DNA of 64,000 nucleotides, from positions 653-64,652 of the forward strand of contig JAZAIZ010000350.1 of the NCBI GenBank assembly GCA_036230545.1, read 5' to 3'. The translations under genes and the position numbers were made by a program. Shown piece by piece: positions 7,905 to 20,376 of the stretch. The notes beneath the pieces are model-generated. The model was not told the origin of the DNA, did no database searches, and was given only the letters and a program-made list of their open reading frames with translations. The stretch comes from Myxococcota bacterium. Its GTDB lineage: Bacteria > Myxococcota > XYA12-FULL-58-9 > JABJBS01. Every line of letters starts with the position of its first letter. Positions within the stretch are counted from its first letter, which is position 1.

Positions 7905-10900
7905 TGGCGCTCACCTCCTCGTTGGATGGAGTCGTCTTGGCGCTCCGGTCTTTGCGGGAGTTGAGCACCCGCTTGTAGTCGGTGGGCATGACTCGAATAA
8001 ATTGTTTCACGCAGCTTTTCCAATTGGTGAGGATATAGCGGGCGATGGCCGAGTCGGTGTGACGGTGGTGAAGCGTTATGAGACCATGCACTTCTTTGGC
8101 GTCGCCCACCACCTCGACGGGTTCGAGTTCCACCGTGCTCTGGTTGCAGCGCTCGCTGAATTTGCCGTCGCGGTCCCACACGTAGGAGATCCCCCCGGAC
8201 ATGCCCGCAGCGAAGTTGCGGCCGGTGGTGCCAAGCACCACCACGCGTCCTCCGGTCATGTATTCGCAGCCGTGATCGCCCACTCCTTCCACCACCGCGC
8301 GGGCGCCGCTGTTGCGCACCGCGAAGCGTTCGGCGGCGCGACCGCGGAAGAACGCAGTGCCGGAGGTGGCGCCATAGAGGCAGACGTTGCCCACCAGGAT
8401 GTTGTCCTCGGCTCGAAAGTTGCTCCCTTTGGGAGGGTAGATCACCAGCTTGCCGCCGGAGAGCCCCTTGCCCACATAATCGTTGGCGTCGCCGGCGAGC
8501 TCGAGGGTGAGCCCCGAGGCCAGCCACGCGCCAAAGCTCTGGCCGGCGGAGCCCTTGAGATCGATGTGAATGGTGTCGTCTTCCATCATGTTGCCACCCC
8601 ATTGGCGAACGACTCGGTGACTGAGCATGGCGCCCACCACGCGGTCGGTGTTGCGTATTGGCGAGGAAAAGCGGATCGCCTCCCCGGTGCGGAGGGCGTA
8701 GGAGGAGCGGGCGATGAGGTGGCGGTCGAGGGCCTCCTCAAGGTGGTGGTTTTGGGATTGGGTGCACCGAACCTCCACATCGGGGTGTGGTTTGCGGGCC
8801 GGAGTGAGCATGGGGGTGAGGTCGAGGCCCTCAGCCTTCCAGTGGGTGATGGCGTCGTCCACCTCAAGAAGGTCTACCCGGCCAATGGCCTCGTCGATGC
8901 TGCGGAGCCCCAGCTTGGCCATCACCCGTCGGGCTTCCTCAGCGACCATGAAGAGGTAGTTGACCACGTGATCGGGTTTGCCGGTGAACTTGCGGCGCAG
9001 GTCAAGGTCCTGGGTGGCGATGCCCACCGGGCAGGTGTTGAGGTGGCATTTGCGCATCATGATGCACCCCAGGGTGATGAGCGGCGCGGTGGCGAAGCCA
9101 AACTCTTCGGCGCCCAGGAGCGCGGCGATGATCACATCACGGCCGGTCTTCAGCTGGCCATCGGTTTGCAGCACCACCCGCGAGCGGAGGTCGTTGAGCA
9201 CGAGGGTTTGGTGGGTTTCGGCGACGCCCAGCTCCCAGGGGAGCCCCGCGTGCTTAATGGAGGTGAGGGGCGACGCCCCGGTGCCACCGCCGGCGCCGGA
9301 GACCAGGATGTGGTCGGCGTAGGCTTTGGCGACCCCGGCAGCGACCGTCCCCACGCCCACCTCGGAGACAAGCTTGACGCTGATGCGCGCGTCGGGGTTG
9401 GCGTGCTTGAGGTCTTGAATGAGCTGCTTCAAGTCCTCAATGGAGTAGATGTCGTGGTGGGGTGGGGGGCTGATGAGCCCCACGCCTGGCGTGGAGTGCC
9501 GTATGTGGGCGATGTATTCGTCGACCTTGCCGCCGGGGAGCTCGCCGCCTTCGCCGGGCTTGGCTCCCTGGGCCATCTTGATTTGAATCTCGTCGGCGTT
9601 GGCGAGGTACCAGATGGTCACGCCAAAGCGGCCCGAGGCAACCTGCTTGATGGCCGAGCGCTTGCTGTCGCCGTTGCCGAGGGGCTGAAAGCGCGCAGGG
9701 TCTTCGCCCCCTTCACCGGTGTTGGATTTGCCGCCGAGTCGGTTCATGGCCACCGCGAGGGTCTCGTGGCTCTCGGCGGAGATGGAGCCAAAACTCATGG
9801 CGCCGGTGACGAAGCGTTTGACGATGTTTTCGGCGGGCTCCACCTCTAAAAGGGGGATGGCCGTCTCGCGTTTTTTGAATTTGAGCAGCCCCCTCAGCTC
9901 GCAGTTGCGGGTGGTCTCTTTGTTGACGTGGTCGGCGAACTCCCAATAGGCGTCTGAGTTGTTGGTGCGGGAGGCCACCTGCAGTGAGGCGATGGCTTTG
10001 GAGTCCCACATGTGCTTTTCGCCGTCGGCCCGCTCGTGAAACTGGCCGTCGTTGTCGAGCACCATCGGTTCGGCGGCTTGGCGCTTGGGGTAGCCCAACC
10101 GATGGCGGCGAAGGCTCTCCTCGGCCAGCACTTCGAGGCTCACGCCCTGGATGCGGCTCGCCGCGCCGGTGAAGCAGCGCTCAATGACATCTTCGGCGAG
10201 ACCCACGGCCTCAAAAATCTGGGCGCCTTTGTAGGAGCGCAGGGTAGAGATGCCCATTTTGGCCATGACCTTGAGCATGCCCTTGGCCACTGCCTTGCGG
10301 TATTTTTGCTCCACGTTGTGTTGCTGGCCGTACTCTTCGCCGGGGAGCATATCGTCGAGGTAGGCCTGCCACACCGCCTCAAAGGCGAGGTAGGGGTTGA
10401 TGGCGTCGGCGCCAAAGCCCACCAGCAGGCAGTGCTGATGCACCTCGCGGGCTTCGCCGGTCTCGACGATGAGACCGATTTGGGTGCGCTTGACCGCGCG
10501 AATCAGGTGGTGGTGCACGGCGCCGCAGGCAGCCAGGGAGCTGATGGGCACCCGGTCGGGGCCGATGTTGCGATCGGAGAGCACCACCACGCTGTAGCCG
10601 TCGTCGATGGCCTCCTCGGCCTCCATGCATATACGGTCGAGGGCGCTCACCATGCCTCGGGTGCCCTCGTGGCGGGGCCAGGTGATGTCGATGGTTTTGG
10701 TTTGCCAGCCCTGGTAGTTCATCTGTTTGATGGACTGGAACTCCCGGTTGGTGAGGATGGGGTGGGGAAGGTGGAGTCGCCCGCAATGCTCCTTGGTGGT
10801 CTCGAGCAGGTTGCGCTCGGGGCCGATGAAGCAGTCGAGGGACATGATGACCTCTTCGCGTATGGAGTCGATGGGCGGGTTGGTCACCTGGGCGAAGAGC

Positions 10901-12474
10901 TGGCGAAAATAATCGTAGACCATCCGCGGCTTGTCCGAGAGGCAGGCCAGGGCCGCGTCGTTGCCCATGGAGCCCACGGGATCCCGCTGCTGGATGAGCA
11001 TGGGGATGAGCATGAAGGAGATGGTCTCGGTGGTGTAGCCGAAGGCGCGCAGGCGGTTGATGAGGGAGGCGCCGTCAAAGGCGGGGATGACCTTGGGCCC
11101 CGGAAGGTTGCTGATCTCAATTTTGTGATTGTCGAGCCACTTGCCGTAGGGGCGCCGGGTGGCGAACTCATCTTTGAGCTCTTCGTCGGGGATGAGCCGG
11201 CCCTCCTCAAAGTCGACCAGAAACATGCGCCCCGGCTCAAGCCGGCCTTTGTATTGGACGTTTTCGGGATCGACGTCCACCACGCCCACCTCTGAGGCCA
11301 TGATGACCCGGTCGTCGTGGGTGAGGTAGTAGCGGCTTGGGCGCAGCCCGTTTCGGTCAAGCACCGCACCGATGTATTTGCCGTCGGTGAAGGCGATGGA
11401 GGCGGGACCATCCCAGGGCTCCATCAGGCAGGAGTGGTATTCGTAGAAGTCCCGCTTGGCCGTGGACATCAGGGGATGATTCTCCCACGCTTCAGGGACC
11501 ATCATCATAACCGACTCCTGCAGCGTGCGTCCGGTCATGAGCAAAAACTCGAGCACGTTGTCGAAGTTGCCGGAGTCGGAGAGGTCGGGCTCCGCGATGG
11601 GGTAAAGTTTTTTCAGGTCGTCGCCAAAGAGTGGGCTCTCAAAGACCCCTTCGCGTGCGTGCATCCAGTTGAGGTTGCCGCGCAGGGTGTTGATCTCCCC
11701 GTTGTGGGACATGAAGCGGTTGGGTTGGGCTCGATCCCAGGAGGGGAAGGTGTTGGTGGAGAAGCGCGAGTGCACCATGGCCAGGTGAGACTTGTAGAGG
11801 GGGTGCAGGAGGTCGGGGTAAAAGCGCGTGACCTGATAGGGGGCGAGCATGCCTTTGTAGATGATTACCTTGGTGGAGAGCGAGCAGATGTAGAACATCT
11901 TCGCCTGGCTCATGGAGGCGTCGTTTCTCAATAGGTGGGTGGCGCGCTTGCGGATGGTGTAGAGCTTGCGTTCAAAGGCGTCGCCTTCGACGTCGGGGGC
12001 GGCGGCAACGAAGAGCTGCTCGATGTGGGGCTGGCTCTTTAGGGCGGTGGGGCCGAGGTTGGCGCCTTTGGGGTCTACGGGCACCTTGCGCCAGCCAACC
12101 GATTGTTGTCCCTCTTCGACGATGATGGCGTCCACTGCCTTTTTGCAGCGCTCGCGTTGATTGGGCTCGGTGGGGAGAAAGATGACGCCTGCAGAGAAGC
12201 GGCCTTCGGGGGGGAGCTCGGTGCGGAGCTCTTCGTGGGCAAGGCGCGCGATAAAGGCGTGGGGCAGGGCGGTGAGGATGCCCGCGCCGTCTCCGGTGTT
12301 GGGCTCGCAACCGTAGGCTCCGCGGTGGTCCATGCACTCAAGCATGTTGGCGGCGTCCACGATGATGTCGTGACTTCGTTGTCCTTTGATGTGGGCTACA
12401 AAGCCAACCCCGCAGCTCTCTTTTTCGTTGGCTGGATCATAGAGGCCGTGTTTGGCGGGGAGTCCGTGTGCCAT
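7897..12474 (-). CDS. gltB: Glutamate synthase large subunit (Fd/NADPH-GOGAT alpha chain)
   Basis: 1525 aa. The N-terminus has the amidotransferase catalytic Cys ([31 protein letters not shown]). Central FMN/Fe-S region and C-terminal GXGXG domain ([14 protein letters not shown]). Confidence 0.95.
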   Translation of the reverse strand: MAHGLPAKHGLYDPANEKESCGVGFVAHIKGQRSHDIIVDAANMLECMDHRGAYGCEPNTGDGAGILTALPHAFIARLAHEELRTELPPEGRFSAGVIFLPTEPNQRERCKKAVDAIIVEEGQQSVGWRKVPVDPKGANLGPTALKSQPHIEQLFVAAAPDVEGDAFERKLYTIRKRATHLLRNDASMSQAKMFYICSLSTKVIIYKGMLAPYQVTRFYPDLLHPLYKSHLAMVHSRFSTNTFPSWDRAQPNRFMSHNGEINTLRGNLNWMHAREGVFESPLFGDDLKKLYPIAEPDLSDSGNFDNVLEFLLMTGRTLQESVMMMVPEAWENHPLMSTAKRDFYEYHSCLMEPWDGPASIAFTDGKYIGAVLDRNGLRPSRYYLTHDDRVIMASEVGVVDVDPENVQYKGRLEPGRMFLVDFEEGRLIPDEELKDEFATRRPYGKWLDNHKIEISNLPGPKVIPAFDGASLINRLRAFGYTTETISFMLIPMLIQQRDPVGSMGNDAALACLSDKPRMVYDYFRQLFAQVTNPPIDSIREEVIMSLDCFIGPERNLLETTKEHCGRLHLPHPILTNREFQSIKQMNYQGWQTKTIDITWPRHEGTRGMVSALDRICMEAEEAIDDGYSVVVLSDRNIGPDRVPISSLAACGAVHHHLIRAVKRTQIGLIVETGEAREVHQHCLLVGFGADAINPYLAFEAVWQAYLDDMLPGEEYGQQHNVEQKYRKAVAKGMLKVMAKMGISTLRSYKGAQIFEAVGLAEDVIERCFTGAASRIQGVSLEVLAEESLRRHRLGYPKRQAAEPMVLDNDGQFHERADGEKHMWDSKAIASLQVASRTNNSDAYWEFADHVNKETTRNCELRGLLKFKKRETAIPLLEVEPAENIVKRFVTGAMSFGSISAESHETLAVAMNRLGGKSNTGEGGEDPARFQPLGNGDSKRSAIKQVASGRFGVTIWYLANADEIQIKMAQGAKPGEGGELPGGKVDEYIAHIRHSTPGVGLISPPPHHDIYSIEDLKQLIQDLKHANPDARISVKLVSEVGVGTVAAGVAKAYADHILVSGAGGGTGASPLTSIKHAGLPWELGVAETHQTLVLNDLRSRVVLQTDGQLKTGRDVIIAALLGAEEFGFATAPLITLGCIMMRKCHLNTCPVGIATQDLDLRRKFTGKPDHVVNYLFMVAEEARRVMAKLGLRSIDEAIGRVDLLEVDDAITHWKAEGLDLTPMLTPARKPHPDVEVRCTQSQNHHLEEALDRHLIARSSYALRTGEAIRFSSPIRNTDRVVGAMLSHRVVRQWGGNMMEDDTIHIDLKGSAGQSFGAWLASGLTLELAGDANDYVGKGLSGGKLVIYPPKGSNFRAEDNILVGNVCLYGATSGTAFFRGRAAERFAVRNSGARAVVEGVGDHGCEYMTGGRVVVLGTTGRNFAAGMSGGISYVWDRDGKFSERCNQSTVELEPVEVVGDAKEVHGLITLHHRHTDSAIARYILTNWKSCVKQFIRVMPTDYKRVLNSRKDRSAKTTPSNEEVSANG

Positions 12475-12559
12475 AGTCGTTGGGAACCTTTCCAGGAAGC
12501 TGCGCCACCTCGGGGAGCTCCCTTAGTATAGACACAGTGCGTCATGTGCGGGGGTTGTG

Positions 12560-13426
12560 TCAATAAATTTTCCTGGGGGGAGAGAGAGGCGGCGGCAGCA
12601 CTTCTTTCCAGTGAACCGAGGAGAGAATCGCGACGCCTCTCTCACCGCCGAGGCTGGCGACTCCGGTCTGCTTGACCTCCACGGGATGACCGCTCAGTCG
12701 TGAGAGGAGGGGGCGCATCACACCTAATTGGGAGCCGTGCAGGTTGACCACGTCGTCTTTGGAGAGGACACGCATGGACTCGTTTTGCACCACGGGGGGA
12801 TTGTCTTCGCAGCGCTCACCGTTGCGCCACATGGCGCGGGTGCGCGTCATGGGGGTGATGCCCTCCATCCAGATGGCGCTGTGGCTTTGTGTGAGAGCGC
12901 GTCCCCATTTGAGATCTTTGCAGTGGGTTCGCCAGGGGAGCATGTCGTAGTAGAAGCGGTCGCGGTAGCCTCGCCCATCGACGTTGAGGGAGCCTCCGGG
13001 CCAGGTGATGCGTCCGCTCACATCGGCGTCGGGAATCTCCACAAGCCATTCAAGTTTGCGCTCGCCATCCTGCAGCAGCGCGTCCTGCAGTTGGGTGGGA
13101 GCAAAGCGTGGCTTAAAAGAGAGCTGCCCCGAGAGGCCCGGTGTCTCAAAATGAAGCTTGTCATGATCGATACGAGCGCTGCCACACTGCAGCACACTCC
13201 CGCCTCCGGCGAGGAAGCGGGCGGGGGTGGTCCCACGCACCAGCGGGAGGCCTGGTCGATGCAGCTCTGCCTCCACTCGGGCCAGGGGGACTCCCATGAT
13301 GCGGAGACCTCCGAGGGAGATGTGAAGGACGCTACCGTCGGAGAGGAGGGCGCCGATGTACCATTTTTCGAGGCTGAAGGGCCAACGGGCGGGGCGGAGT
13401 TTCATGTTGATTACCATGGGGACCAT
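12560..13426 (-). CDS. Hypothetical protein (about 288 aa, beta-rich, no recognisable catalytic motif)
   Basis: ORF with coding-like codon usage. Probable start is MVPMVINMKLRPARWPF (ATG at 13426); the 357-aa track ORF is 5'-extended. No confident family assignment from sequence alone. Confidence 0.45.
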   Translation of the reverse strand: MVPMVINMKLRPARWPFSLEKWYIGALLSDGSVLHISLGGLRIMGVPLARVEAELHRPGLPLVRGTTPARFLAGGGSVLQCGSARIDHDKLHFETPGLSGQLSFKPRFAPTQLQDALLQDGERKLEWLVEIPDADVSGRITWPGGSLNVDGRGYRDRFYYDMLPWRTHCKDLKWGRALTQSHSAIWMEGITPMTRTRAMWRNGERCEDNPPVVQNESMRVLSKDDVVNLHGSQLGVMRPLLSRLSGHPVEVKQTGVASLGGERGVAILSSVHWKEVLPPPLSPPRKIY

Positions 13427-13763
13427 CTTATGGGAGGGCAGAGGGGGAATAAAAAAATGGGCCCGAAACGTCGTCCTGGGGGGAGCTGCAGGGGCATTGA
13501 TGGGGTGGGGGGCCCCTGGGGGCACGCTGGCGAGGGGTTTTTGGGAAGGTGCTTTTCTAAGTTGCCGTAAAAAGGCGGTTATTCTCTCTCGGGAATGACC
13601 GGAAATCTTCGGTTTAGCACAACCCGAGGCCATTTATCTCGATAATAAAAGCATCCAATAACGCCCAATAAACACCACGTTGAGCCCTGCAGCTCAGCCC
13701 CTTTTCTCCCGCACCGTGACTCGTTTGGAGTCTCCCTGCCCGAGAACTCAGGAGACCAGTATT

Positions 13764-15245
13764 ATGTTATTATCCCGATTTCGCACAGAGTGGCTTAGCA
13801 ACGTCCGTGGGGACTTGTTGGCTGGAACGGTCGTCGCCCTTGCGTTGATTCCCGAAGCTATCGCGTTTTCCATTATCGCTGGTGTTGATCCCAAAGTGGG
13901 CCTCTATGCCTCATTTTGCATCGCGGTGGTTATTTCCTTTGTGGGTGGTCGCCCGGGCATGATCTCTGCGGCCACCGGGGCGATGGCCCTTGTTATGGTG
14001 ACCCTGGTGAAAGACCACGGCCTCGAATACCTCATGGCCACCACCATCCTGACCGGTGTTCTTCAAATCGCCGCTGGGGCTCTTCGACTTGGTTCGCTTC
14101 TTCGTTTTGTTTCACGCTCAGTGATGACAGGGTTTGTGAACGCCCTCGCGATTTTGATTTTTATGGCCCAGCTGCCCGAATTTTATGGTGCGGGCTGGGA
14201 GATGTACGCCATGGTCGCGGCCGGGCTGGGTATCATTTATCTCTTGCCCTATGTGACCAAAGCGGTCCCCTCTCCCTTGGTGGCGATTGTTGTTTTGACC
14301 GGGTTCAGCACCTTCTTTGGGCTGGATGTCCGAAGCGTGGGCGACATGGGCGAGCTGCCTTCGACCCTGCCTCTTTTTCTCATCCCTAAGATTCCCCTGA
14401 CGTGGGAGACTCTCATGATTATCCTGCCCTACGCGGTGACGTTGACTGCGGTTGGGTTGTTGGAGTCGTTGATGACCGCGGTGATTGTGGATGACCTGAC
14501 CGACACTCCCAGCGCCAAAAACCGTGAATGCACCGGCCAGGGTATCGCCAATATCGTCGCTGGCTTCTTTGGCGGAATGGCTGGCTGTGCCATGATTGGC
14601 CAATCGGTTATCAATGTGAAATCTGGCGGTCGGGGAAGACTCTCAACGCTCTTCGCGGGAAGTTTTCTGCTCTTTTTGATTTTGGTTTTGGGCGAGTGGG
14701 TCAAGCAGATCCCCATGGCGGCGCTGGTGGCGGTGATGATTATGGTCTCGATAGGAACCTTCGATTGGGCGTCCATCAAAAACCTCGCGACGCATCCAAA
14801 GGAATCAAGCCTGGTGATGCTCGCGACGGTGGCTGTTGTGGTGTTGACCCACGATTTGGCCATGGGTGTTTTTATCGGGGTGCTCATGAGCGCCGTGTTC
14901 TTCGCTCGCAAAGTCTCGCGCCTCTTGTTGACGGAGTCATCGTTGTCTGCCGACAACACTCAACGCGCCTATGAGGTTTATGGTCAGGTGTTCTTTGCCT
15001 CTGCGGAGCAATTTGCGGCAGAGTTTGATTTCAAAGAAGAAATTGACAAAGTTACCATCGATTTAACCCGGGCCCATTTTTGGGACTTCTCGGCCGTGGG
15101 CGCCCTCGACAAGGTCGTGCTTAAGTTTCGTCGGCAGGGAACCGAGGTGGAGCTGCTTGGATTAAATGAAGCGAGCTCGATGATTGTTGAGCGTCTGGGG
15201 GTTTATGACAAGCCCGGTGCGCTCGCGCTGACAGCAGGACATTGA
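13764..15245 (+). CDS. SulP family anion transporter (sulfate/bicarbonate permease) with C-terminal STAS domain
   Basis: N-terminal [24 protein letters not shown] is the SulP signature region. It has about 11 hydrophobic segments. The C-terminal roughly 120 aa are soluble with a STAS-like pattern ([23 protein letters not shown]). Likely start is [10 protein letters not shown] at 13764. Confidence 0.85.
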   Translation: MLLSRFRTEWLSNVRGDLLAGTVVALALIPEAIAFSIIAGVDPKVGLYASFCIAVVISFVGGRPGMISAATGAMALVMVTLVKDHGLEYLMATTILTGVLQIAAGALRLGSLLRFVSRSVMTGFVNALAILIFMAQLPEFYGAGWEMYAMVAAGLGIIYLLPYVTKAVPSPLVAIVVLTGFSTFFGLDVRSVGDMGELPSTLPLFLIPKIPLTWETLMIILPYAVTLTAVGLLESLMTAVIVDDLTDTPSAKNRECTGQGIANIVAGFFGGMAGCAMIGQSVINVKSGGRGRLSTLFAGSFLLFLILVLGEWVKQIPMAALVAVMIMVSIGTFDWASIKNLATHPKESSLVMLATVAVVVLTHDLAMGVFIGVLMSAVFFARKVSRLLLTESSLSADNTQRAYEVYGQVFFASAEQFAAEFDFKEEIDKVTIDLTRAHFWDFSAVGALDKVVLKFRRQGTEVELLGLNEASSMIVERLGVYDKPGALALTAGH

Positions 15246-15250
15246 TAGAC

Positions 15251-15295
15251 CGGGGAGAATTGGGCGAGCCGGCCTTTTCTCCCCGGGCTCTTTTG
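15251..15295 (+). terminator. Putative Rho-independent terminator downstream of SulP gene
   Basis: Inverted repeat cggggagaa...ttctccccg (9 bp) with an inner gagccgg/ccgggctc element, followed by cttttgattt. Confidence 0.4.
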
Positions 15296-15472
15296 ATTTA
15301 GCCTTTTTGAGTCCCCTTCCCGGAGTATGCCGCGGAGCAGGGGATCCTCTTTTTTTTCCTATATTTTATTCTTGTTCGTTATTCCTTTATGCTCTCACCT
15401 GCATTGATGGACTGCTTCACTGCGTTCGGGCGTGGGGTGGCGTTAATAATTGCCTTGAGGAGAGAAACGTTC

Positions 15473-15868
15473 ATGAGGGTGATCTGGATTAGTGTGGCGG
15501 CCTTGTTGATGACGGTGGGGTGCGGGGGGAGCAGTCAGCAGGAAGGGCAGTGCGAGGCCCCCAACGAGGATCTTAAGATTCTCTTTGTACCCAAGGGGGA
15601 GCTGAACTTCTTAGGGCATTCCTATTGCATTGTCTGCAATTCGGAGATTGAGCCTGAGGAGTATGGGGATTGGGTGCTGGAGATGGGCGCCCCGGAGGCT
15701 CCTGCCTCGGTGGAGAACGTCCACCCATGTCTCTATGTTTATGGAGATGACAGACCTGTTTCCCCCTTCGAGGAGTGCGTGTCGGCGGTGTGTGAGGGGG
15801 AGGGGATATACAACGACATGGTCAGAACCAACAACCGCAACTTTGATTTGGGGCCCCTGCTGGAGTAG
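15473..15868 (+). CDS. Small Cys-containing lipoprotein, unknown function
   Basis: MRVIWISVAALLMTVGCGG is a signal peptide with lipobox (VGC). 8 Cys in 132 aa. Preceded by an AT-rich promoter-like region. Confidence 0.5.
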   Translation: MRVIWISVAALLMTVGCGGSSQQEGQCEAPNEDLKILFVPKGELNFLGHSYCIVCNSEIEPEEYGDWVLEMGAPEAPASVENVHPCLYVYGDDRPVSPFEECVSAVCEGEGIYNDMVRTNNRNFDLGPLLE

Positions 15869-15880
15869 AGGCCCCTTTGG

Positions 15881-17818
15881 CTAAAGAATGTTGGCGCCTT
15901 TGTGGTCGCTCACCAGCTGGTCCACCACCGAGGGGTCCGCGAGGGTGGTGGTGTCTCCCAACTCACGGTATTCTCCCACGGCGATTTGACGCAGAATGCG
16001 ACGCATTATTTTGCCGGAGCGGGTCTTGGGGAGTCCCGTGGTCAATTGGATGGAGTCGGGCACGGCGATGCCACCGATGCCGCTCTTGACCGCCTCGCGC
16101 AGCTGGGCCGAATAGTCGGTGCCGACGCTCCCCTCATCGCCGTTGAGCTGCACGAAGGCGAAGATGCCGACGCCCTTCACCTCATGGGGAACGCCCACCA
16201 CCGCGGCTTCGGCCACCGCTGGGTGCGCCACCAGGGCGCTCTCGATTTCGGCGGTGCCCAGGCGATGGCCAGACACGTTGAGCACGTCGTCCACCCGCCC
16301 GGTGATCCAATAATAGCCGTCTTCGTCTCGGTGGCAGCCGTCGCCGGTGAAATAGCGTCCGGGAAATTGTTCAAAGTAGGTGGACTGAAAGCGGCGATGG
16401 TCTCCGTAGACCGTTCTTGCCTGGCCGGGCCAGGGATGGGCGATGCAGAGGTTGCCTTTGACATCGTTGCCGGTGAGCTCGTTGCCTTCGTCATCCACCA
16501 GGATGGGCTGGATACCCAAAAAGGGCAGGGTGGCTGCGCCAGGCTTGCAGGGGGTGGCGCCGGGCAGGGGGGTGATCATGATGCCGCCGGTCTCGGTTTG
16601 CCACCAGGTGTCCACCACCGCGCACTCCTTGTTGCCCACCACGTCGTGATACCACTCCCACACCTCGGGGTTGATAGGCTCGCCCACGGTGCCCAATATG
16701 CGCAGGGAGGAGCGGTCGTGGCGTGTCACGGGCTCGTCACCGTGGCGGGCGATGGCGCGGATGGCGGTGGGGGCGGTGTAAAACACCGACACCTTGAGGT
16801 CTTCGACGATTTGCCAGTAGCGCCCGGCGTCGGGGTAGGTGGGGGTGGATTCAAACATCACGGTGGTGGCGCCGTTGGTCAGCGGACCATAGATGATGTA
16901 GCTGTGACCGGTGACCCAGCCGATGTCGGCGGCGCAAAAGTAAACGTCGTCCTCGTGGATATCAAAGACGTGCTGATGGGTGAGGGACGCGTAGAGGAGG
17001 TAGCCTCCCGTGGTGTGCACCACGCCCTTGGGCTTGCCGGTGGAGCCGGAGGTGTAGAGTGTAAAGAGCGGGTCTTCGGCGTCCATCACCTCGGCGGGAC
17101 ACTCCGGCCGCTGGTTGGCCATCTCCTCCTGCAACCAGAAATCGCGCCCTTCGGTCATGGGGACCTCCAGCTCGGTGCGCCGGGCCACCAGGACTCGTTG
17201 CACGCAGTCGGCCTCGGTGAGGGCCTGGTCACAGATGGCCTTGAGGGCGATGGACTTGCCCCCACGGCGCCCTTCGTTGGCGGTGACCAGGGTGGTGCAG
17301 TGGGCGTCGAGGATGCGGTCTCGCAGGCTATCGGCGGAGAAGCCCGCGAAGACGATGGAGTGGATGGCGCCGATGCGGGCGCAGGCCAACATGGTGTAGG
17401 CCAGCTCGGGGATCATGGGCATGTAGAGGCAGACCCGGTCGCCCTTTTGCACGCCGTGGGCGCGCAGGGTGTTGGCCACCCGGCACACCTCCCGCTTGAG
17501 CTGTCGGTAGGTGATGTGCTGGTAGGTGCCGGGCTCATCGCCCACCCAGATGATGGCGTCCTTGTCGCCGCGAGTGGGGAGGTGACGGTCGATGCAGTTG
17601 ACGCTGGCGTTGAGCTTGGAGCCCGCAAACCAGGAGAAGTTGGCGCTGTTGAAGTCAAACTCGCAGACGGTCTCGGCGCGGTGGTGCCAGTGAAGGCGCT
17701 TGGCCTGTTCACTCCAGAAGGCCTCCGGGGCGTCTACGCTCTGCTGGTAGAGTTTGTGATAGGCGTCCAGGGAGGGGATGTGCGCGTTGGCGGAGAGTCG
17801 GGCTTTGGGATCGTACAT
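15881..17818 (-). CDS. acs: Acetyl-coenzyme A synthetase (acetate-CoA ligase, AMP-forming)
   Basis: 645 aa. N-terminus [38 protein letters not shown]-binding motifs [11 protein letters not shown] and TGDG, and C-terminal [13 protein letters not shown]. Confidence 0.95.
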   Translation of the reverse strand: MYDPKARLSANAHIPSLDAYHKLYQQSVDAPEAFWSEQAKRLHWHHRAETVCEFDFNSANFSWFAGSKLNASVNCIDRHLPTRGDKDAIIWVGDEPGTYQHITYRQLKREVCRVANTLRAHGVQKGDRVCLYMPMIPELAYTMLACARIGAIHSIVFAGFSADSLRDRILDAHCTTLVTANEGRRGGKSIALKAICDQALTEADCVQRVLVARRTELEVPMTEGRDFWLQEEMANQRPECPAEVMDAEDPLFTLYTSGSTGKPKGVVHTTGGYLLYASLTHQHVFDIHEDDVYFCAADIGWVTGHSYIIYGPLTNGATTVMFESTPTYPDAGRYWQIVEDLKVSVFYTAPTAIRAIARHGDEPVTRHDRSSLRILGTVGEPINPEVWEWYHDVVGNKECAVVDTWWQTETGGIMITPLPGATPCKPGAATLPFLGIQPILVDDEGNELTGNDVKGNLCIAHPWPGQARTVYGDHRRFQSTYFEQFPGRYFTGDGCHRDEDGYYWITGRVDDVLNVSGHRLGTAEIESALVAHPAVAEAAVVGVPHEVKGVGIFAFVQLNGDEGSVGTDYSAQLREAVKSGIGGIAVPDSIQLTTGLPKTRSGKIMRRILRQIAVGEYRELGDTTTLADPSVVDQLVSDHKGANIL

Positions 17819-17875
17819 GCTGGCTCCTCGTAGCGGGCGTCGCGTTGGTTCTGAAGCGCGCGCCGAGGAGGGGGT

Positions 17876-18952
17876 TTATCCCGGCCGGGACTCGGGTTCA
17901 AGCGTGGGGCTGCTTTCGCTGACCTGCAGGTCGCGGAAGGCCCCAAGGAGCCCCGCGATGTCTTCGGTGGTGGTGTCAAAGGAGCACATCAGCCGAACCT
18001 CGGTGATGGCGGGGTCCCACACGTAAAAGAAGTAGCGCTCCCGGGCGCGCTTGACCCAGTGTTTGGGGATTTGCGCGAAGACGCCGTTGGATTGAACCGG
18101 GTGGGTGACGCGAATTTCGGGGAATTCCCGCAGGCCCTCCGCGAGCAGGGTGGCCATGCTGTTGCTGTGGGTGGCGATGTCGCGCCAGAGGTCGTTTTGC
18201 ATAAACGCGAGGAATTGAGCGGCGAGGAAGCGGGTTTTGGAGGGAAGCTGCAGGGCCTGTTTGCGCAGGAAGCGGAAGTGCCCGGTGGGATCTCCCTGGG
18301 GAAAGACGACCGCCTCGCCGAGGAGGAAGCCGTTTTTGGTGCCGCCAAAGGAGACGGCGTCTGCGCCCACCTCGGTGGTCATCTCTCCGAGGGTGCAGTC
18401 GAGGGTGATGCAGGCGTTGGAGAGCCGGGCGCCGTCGATGTGAAAGAGCAGGTCGTTGCGGTGGGCGAAGTCTGCCAGGGTCCGCAGCTCGCTGAGGGAA
18501 TAGACGGTGCCCACCTCGGTGGGCTGGGTGATGGAGAGGACCCGGGGCTGGGCGTAGTGCTGGTCGCCGCGTCGGATCAGGTGCTTCTCGAGGTCTTGCA
18601 CCTGCAGCTTGCCGTGGGTGGTGGGGCAGGTGAGGAGCTTGCAGCCGGTCCAGCGCTCGGGGGCGCCGCACTCGTCCATGTTGAGGTGGCTGATGTCGGC
18701 GCAGAGGACCGCGTGGTGCGATTGGGTGAGGGCGTTGATGGCCAGCACGTTGGCGGCGGTGCCTGTAAACACCCAGAAAATGTCCGCTCGGTCACCGAAG
18801 TGTTTTTTCAGCGCCGCTTTGGCCTGCGCGGAGAGGGGGTCGGTGCCATAGCTGGGGGCGTGGTTTGTGTTGGCCATCACGATGGCGTCGAGGATTTGAG
18901 GGTGGACTCCGCTGTGATTGTCGGAGCCAAAGCCGCGGGTGGGTTGGGTCAT
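17876..18952 (-). CDS. ltaE: Low-specificity L-threonine aldolase (PLP-dependent)
   Basis: N-terminal FGSDNHSGVHPQILDAI is typical of threonine aldolases. It has the PLP-fold lysine region (SFGGTKNG). 358 aa. Confidence 0.8.
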   Translation of the reverse strand: MTQPTRGFGSDNHSGVHPQILDAIVMANTNHAPSYGTDPLSAQAKAALKKHFGDRADIFWVFTGTAANVLAINALTQSHHAVLCADISHLNMDECGAPERWTGCKLLTCPTTHGKLQVQDLEKHLIRRGDQHYAQPRVLSITQPTEVGTVYSLSELRTLADFAHRNDLLFHIDGARLSNACITLDCTLGEMTTEVGADAVSFGGTKNGFLLGEAVVFPQGDPTGHFRFLRKQALQLPSKTRFLAAQFLAFMQNDLWRDIATHSNSMATLLAEGLREFPEIRVTHPVQSNGVFAQIPKHWVKRARERYFFYVWDPAITEVRLMCSFDTTTEDIAGLLGAFRDLQVSESSPTLEPESRPG

Positions 18953-19050
18953 GGGGAGGGCATACTTGGGTGCGGGGAGAGACGCAAGCGGTGGAGGGGG
19001 AGGTTTTTTGTGTCCGAAGCGTCAAAAAGGGTTAACCCGAAGTCCCATTC

Positions 19051-20376
19051 ATGGCTATAGAGCCCCCCATGAATGAAGGTCATTTGGAAATCAGCGTCGC
19101 TGAGCTGCGTGAGATGCGAACCCTGGTTAATCAATTGCTTGGGCCCCACGCCCAGGAAGATGATGCCATTGGGGTAGAGGGTGGTGAAAACTCCGTGGGG
19201 CGGGTGCTGGGAGATCTGCGCAAGCTGCTGGAGGTCAAGGTTTTGCGGCAGCTGCCGGCGGTGCGCTTTCAGGAGCTCTTGGCTTCGGCGGTGGCCGAGC
19301 AATGGTATGACAGCGTTATTCACGCCATCAACGAGATGCTTATCGTTATTGGGCGCTCGGGATTGATTCAAACCATCAACCCCGCGGCGGCCTCCATGCT
19401 GGGGTATGCCGAAGCTGAAGCCATTGGCCTCGACTTTCGGGAGATTCTGGTTAGCGAGGGCGACGAGGCGGGGAAGGGCCTGACCTGCGAGCAGCTGCTC
19501 ACCGAGGAGGACCTGCAGGGGGGCAATGAGATTGAGACGGCCTATCGCACCCGCGAGGGCAGGCTCATTCCGGTGTCTTTTTCCAGCGCCAAGATCCTGG
19601 ACGATGAGCAAAACCTTCGGGCGGTGGTTTGCGTGGCGCGGGACCTGACCGAGCGCAAGCAGGTGGAGGAGCTGCGCAACAAATTTATCGAGCGGGTCAT
19701 CTCCGCCGAAGACGCCGAGCGACGTCGCATCGCCCGCGAGCTGCACGATGAGACGAGCCAGTCGCTCACTTCATTGCTGGTGCGTCTCAAGGCCCATGAG
19801 GCGACCATTGACTCTCCTGTCGAGCGGGAGCGGGTGGTGGATTTGCGGGCGTTGACCTCGCGCACCCTGGAGGAGCTGGGTCGACTGGCGAGGGGACTGC
19901 ACCCCAGCGTGCTGGATGACCTCGGGTTCTCCACGGCCATGGAGCGCTATGGGGATGAATACTCGAAGTCCCACAACATCGACGTGGATGTGCACATTCG
20001 GGGTTTGGGCGCGCAAAACCGGCTCCCGCTGGTGTTGGAGACCACCCTCTATCGTATTTTGCAGGAGGCCCTCACCAATGTGGCGCGGCACGCGGGGGCC
20101 AGCACCGTGAGCATTATCGTGGAGCGACAGGACCACGAGGTGCGGGCTATCATTGAGGATGACGGCTGCGGCTTTGATATGTCCCAGGGGCAGCGTGGCC
20201 TGGACCTCGGCGGCGGGTTGGGGCTGCACGGGATGCGCGAGCGCGCGGCGCTGCTGAAGGGGAAGGTTCAGTTGGAGTCCACTCCCGGGATTGGGACCAC
20301 CCTCTTTGTGCACAGTCCCTTGACGGAGGCTCTCGCGACTCTGGCGCCTCGTGTGGCCCCCGAGCTTAACGCATAA
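19051..20376 (+). CDS. Cytoplasmic PAS-domain sensor histidine kinase (HisKA_3 / NarX-DegS type)
   Basis: PAS-like segment (INPAAASMLGYAEAEAIGLDFREIL). HisKA_3 H-box ERRRIARELHDETSQSL. HATPase_c motifs (ALTNVARHAGA, DDGCGFD, GGGLGLHGMRERA). No TM helix and no adjacent cognate response regulator. Confidence 0.85.
   Translation: MAIEPPMNEGHLEISVAELREMRTLVNQLLGPHAQEDDAIGVEGGENSVGRVLGDLRKLLEVKVLRQLPAVRFQELLASAVAEQWYDSVIHAINEMLIVIGRSGLIQTINPAAASMLGYAEAEAIGLDFREILVSEGDEAGKGLTCEQLLTEEDLQGGNEIETAYRTREGRLIPVSFSSAKILDDEQNLRAVVCVARDLTERKQVEELRNKFIERVISAEDAERRRIARELHDETSQSLTSLLVRLKAHEATIDSPVERERVVDLRALTSRTLEELGRLARGLHPSVLDDLGFSTAMERYGDEYSKSHNIDVDVHIRGLGAQNRLPLVLETTLYRILQEALTNVARHAGASTVSIIVERQDHEVRAIIEDDGCGFDMSQGQRGLDLGGGLGLHGMRERAALLKGKVQLESTPGIGTTLFVHSPLTEALATLAPRVAPELNA

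Noticed and set aside
7861-11295. 662-aa and 427-aa plus-strand ORFs inside gltB
   Set aside because: They are antisense to the glutamate synthase large subunit, whose identity is certain. They are artefacts of GC-rich third positions.
12475-12559. Sigma54 (-24/-12) promoter upstream of gltB
   Set aside because: I searched for TGGCAC-N5-TTGCA-like elements on the minus strand and found only weak partial matches (TGGCGC...CCTGG). That is not enough to call.
12560-13633. 5' part of the 357-aa minus-strand ORF and the overlapping 280-aa plus-strand ORF 12728..13570
   Set aside because: The minus ORF's first 69 codons are Pro/Ala-rich and lack a start context; an internal ATG at 13426 is more plausible. 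The plus-strand ORF is antisense with a Gly/His/Ala-rich translation and is judged less coding-like.
15902-17833. 643-aa plus-strand ORF
   Set aside because: Antisense to acetyl-CoA synthetase; low-complexity Gly/Ala/Val-rich translation.
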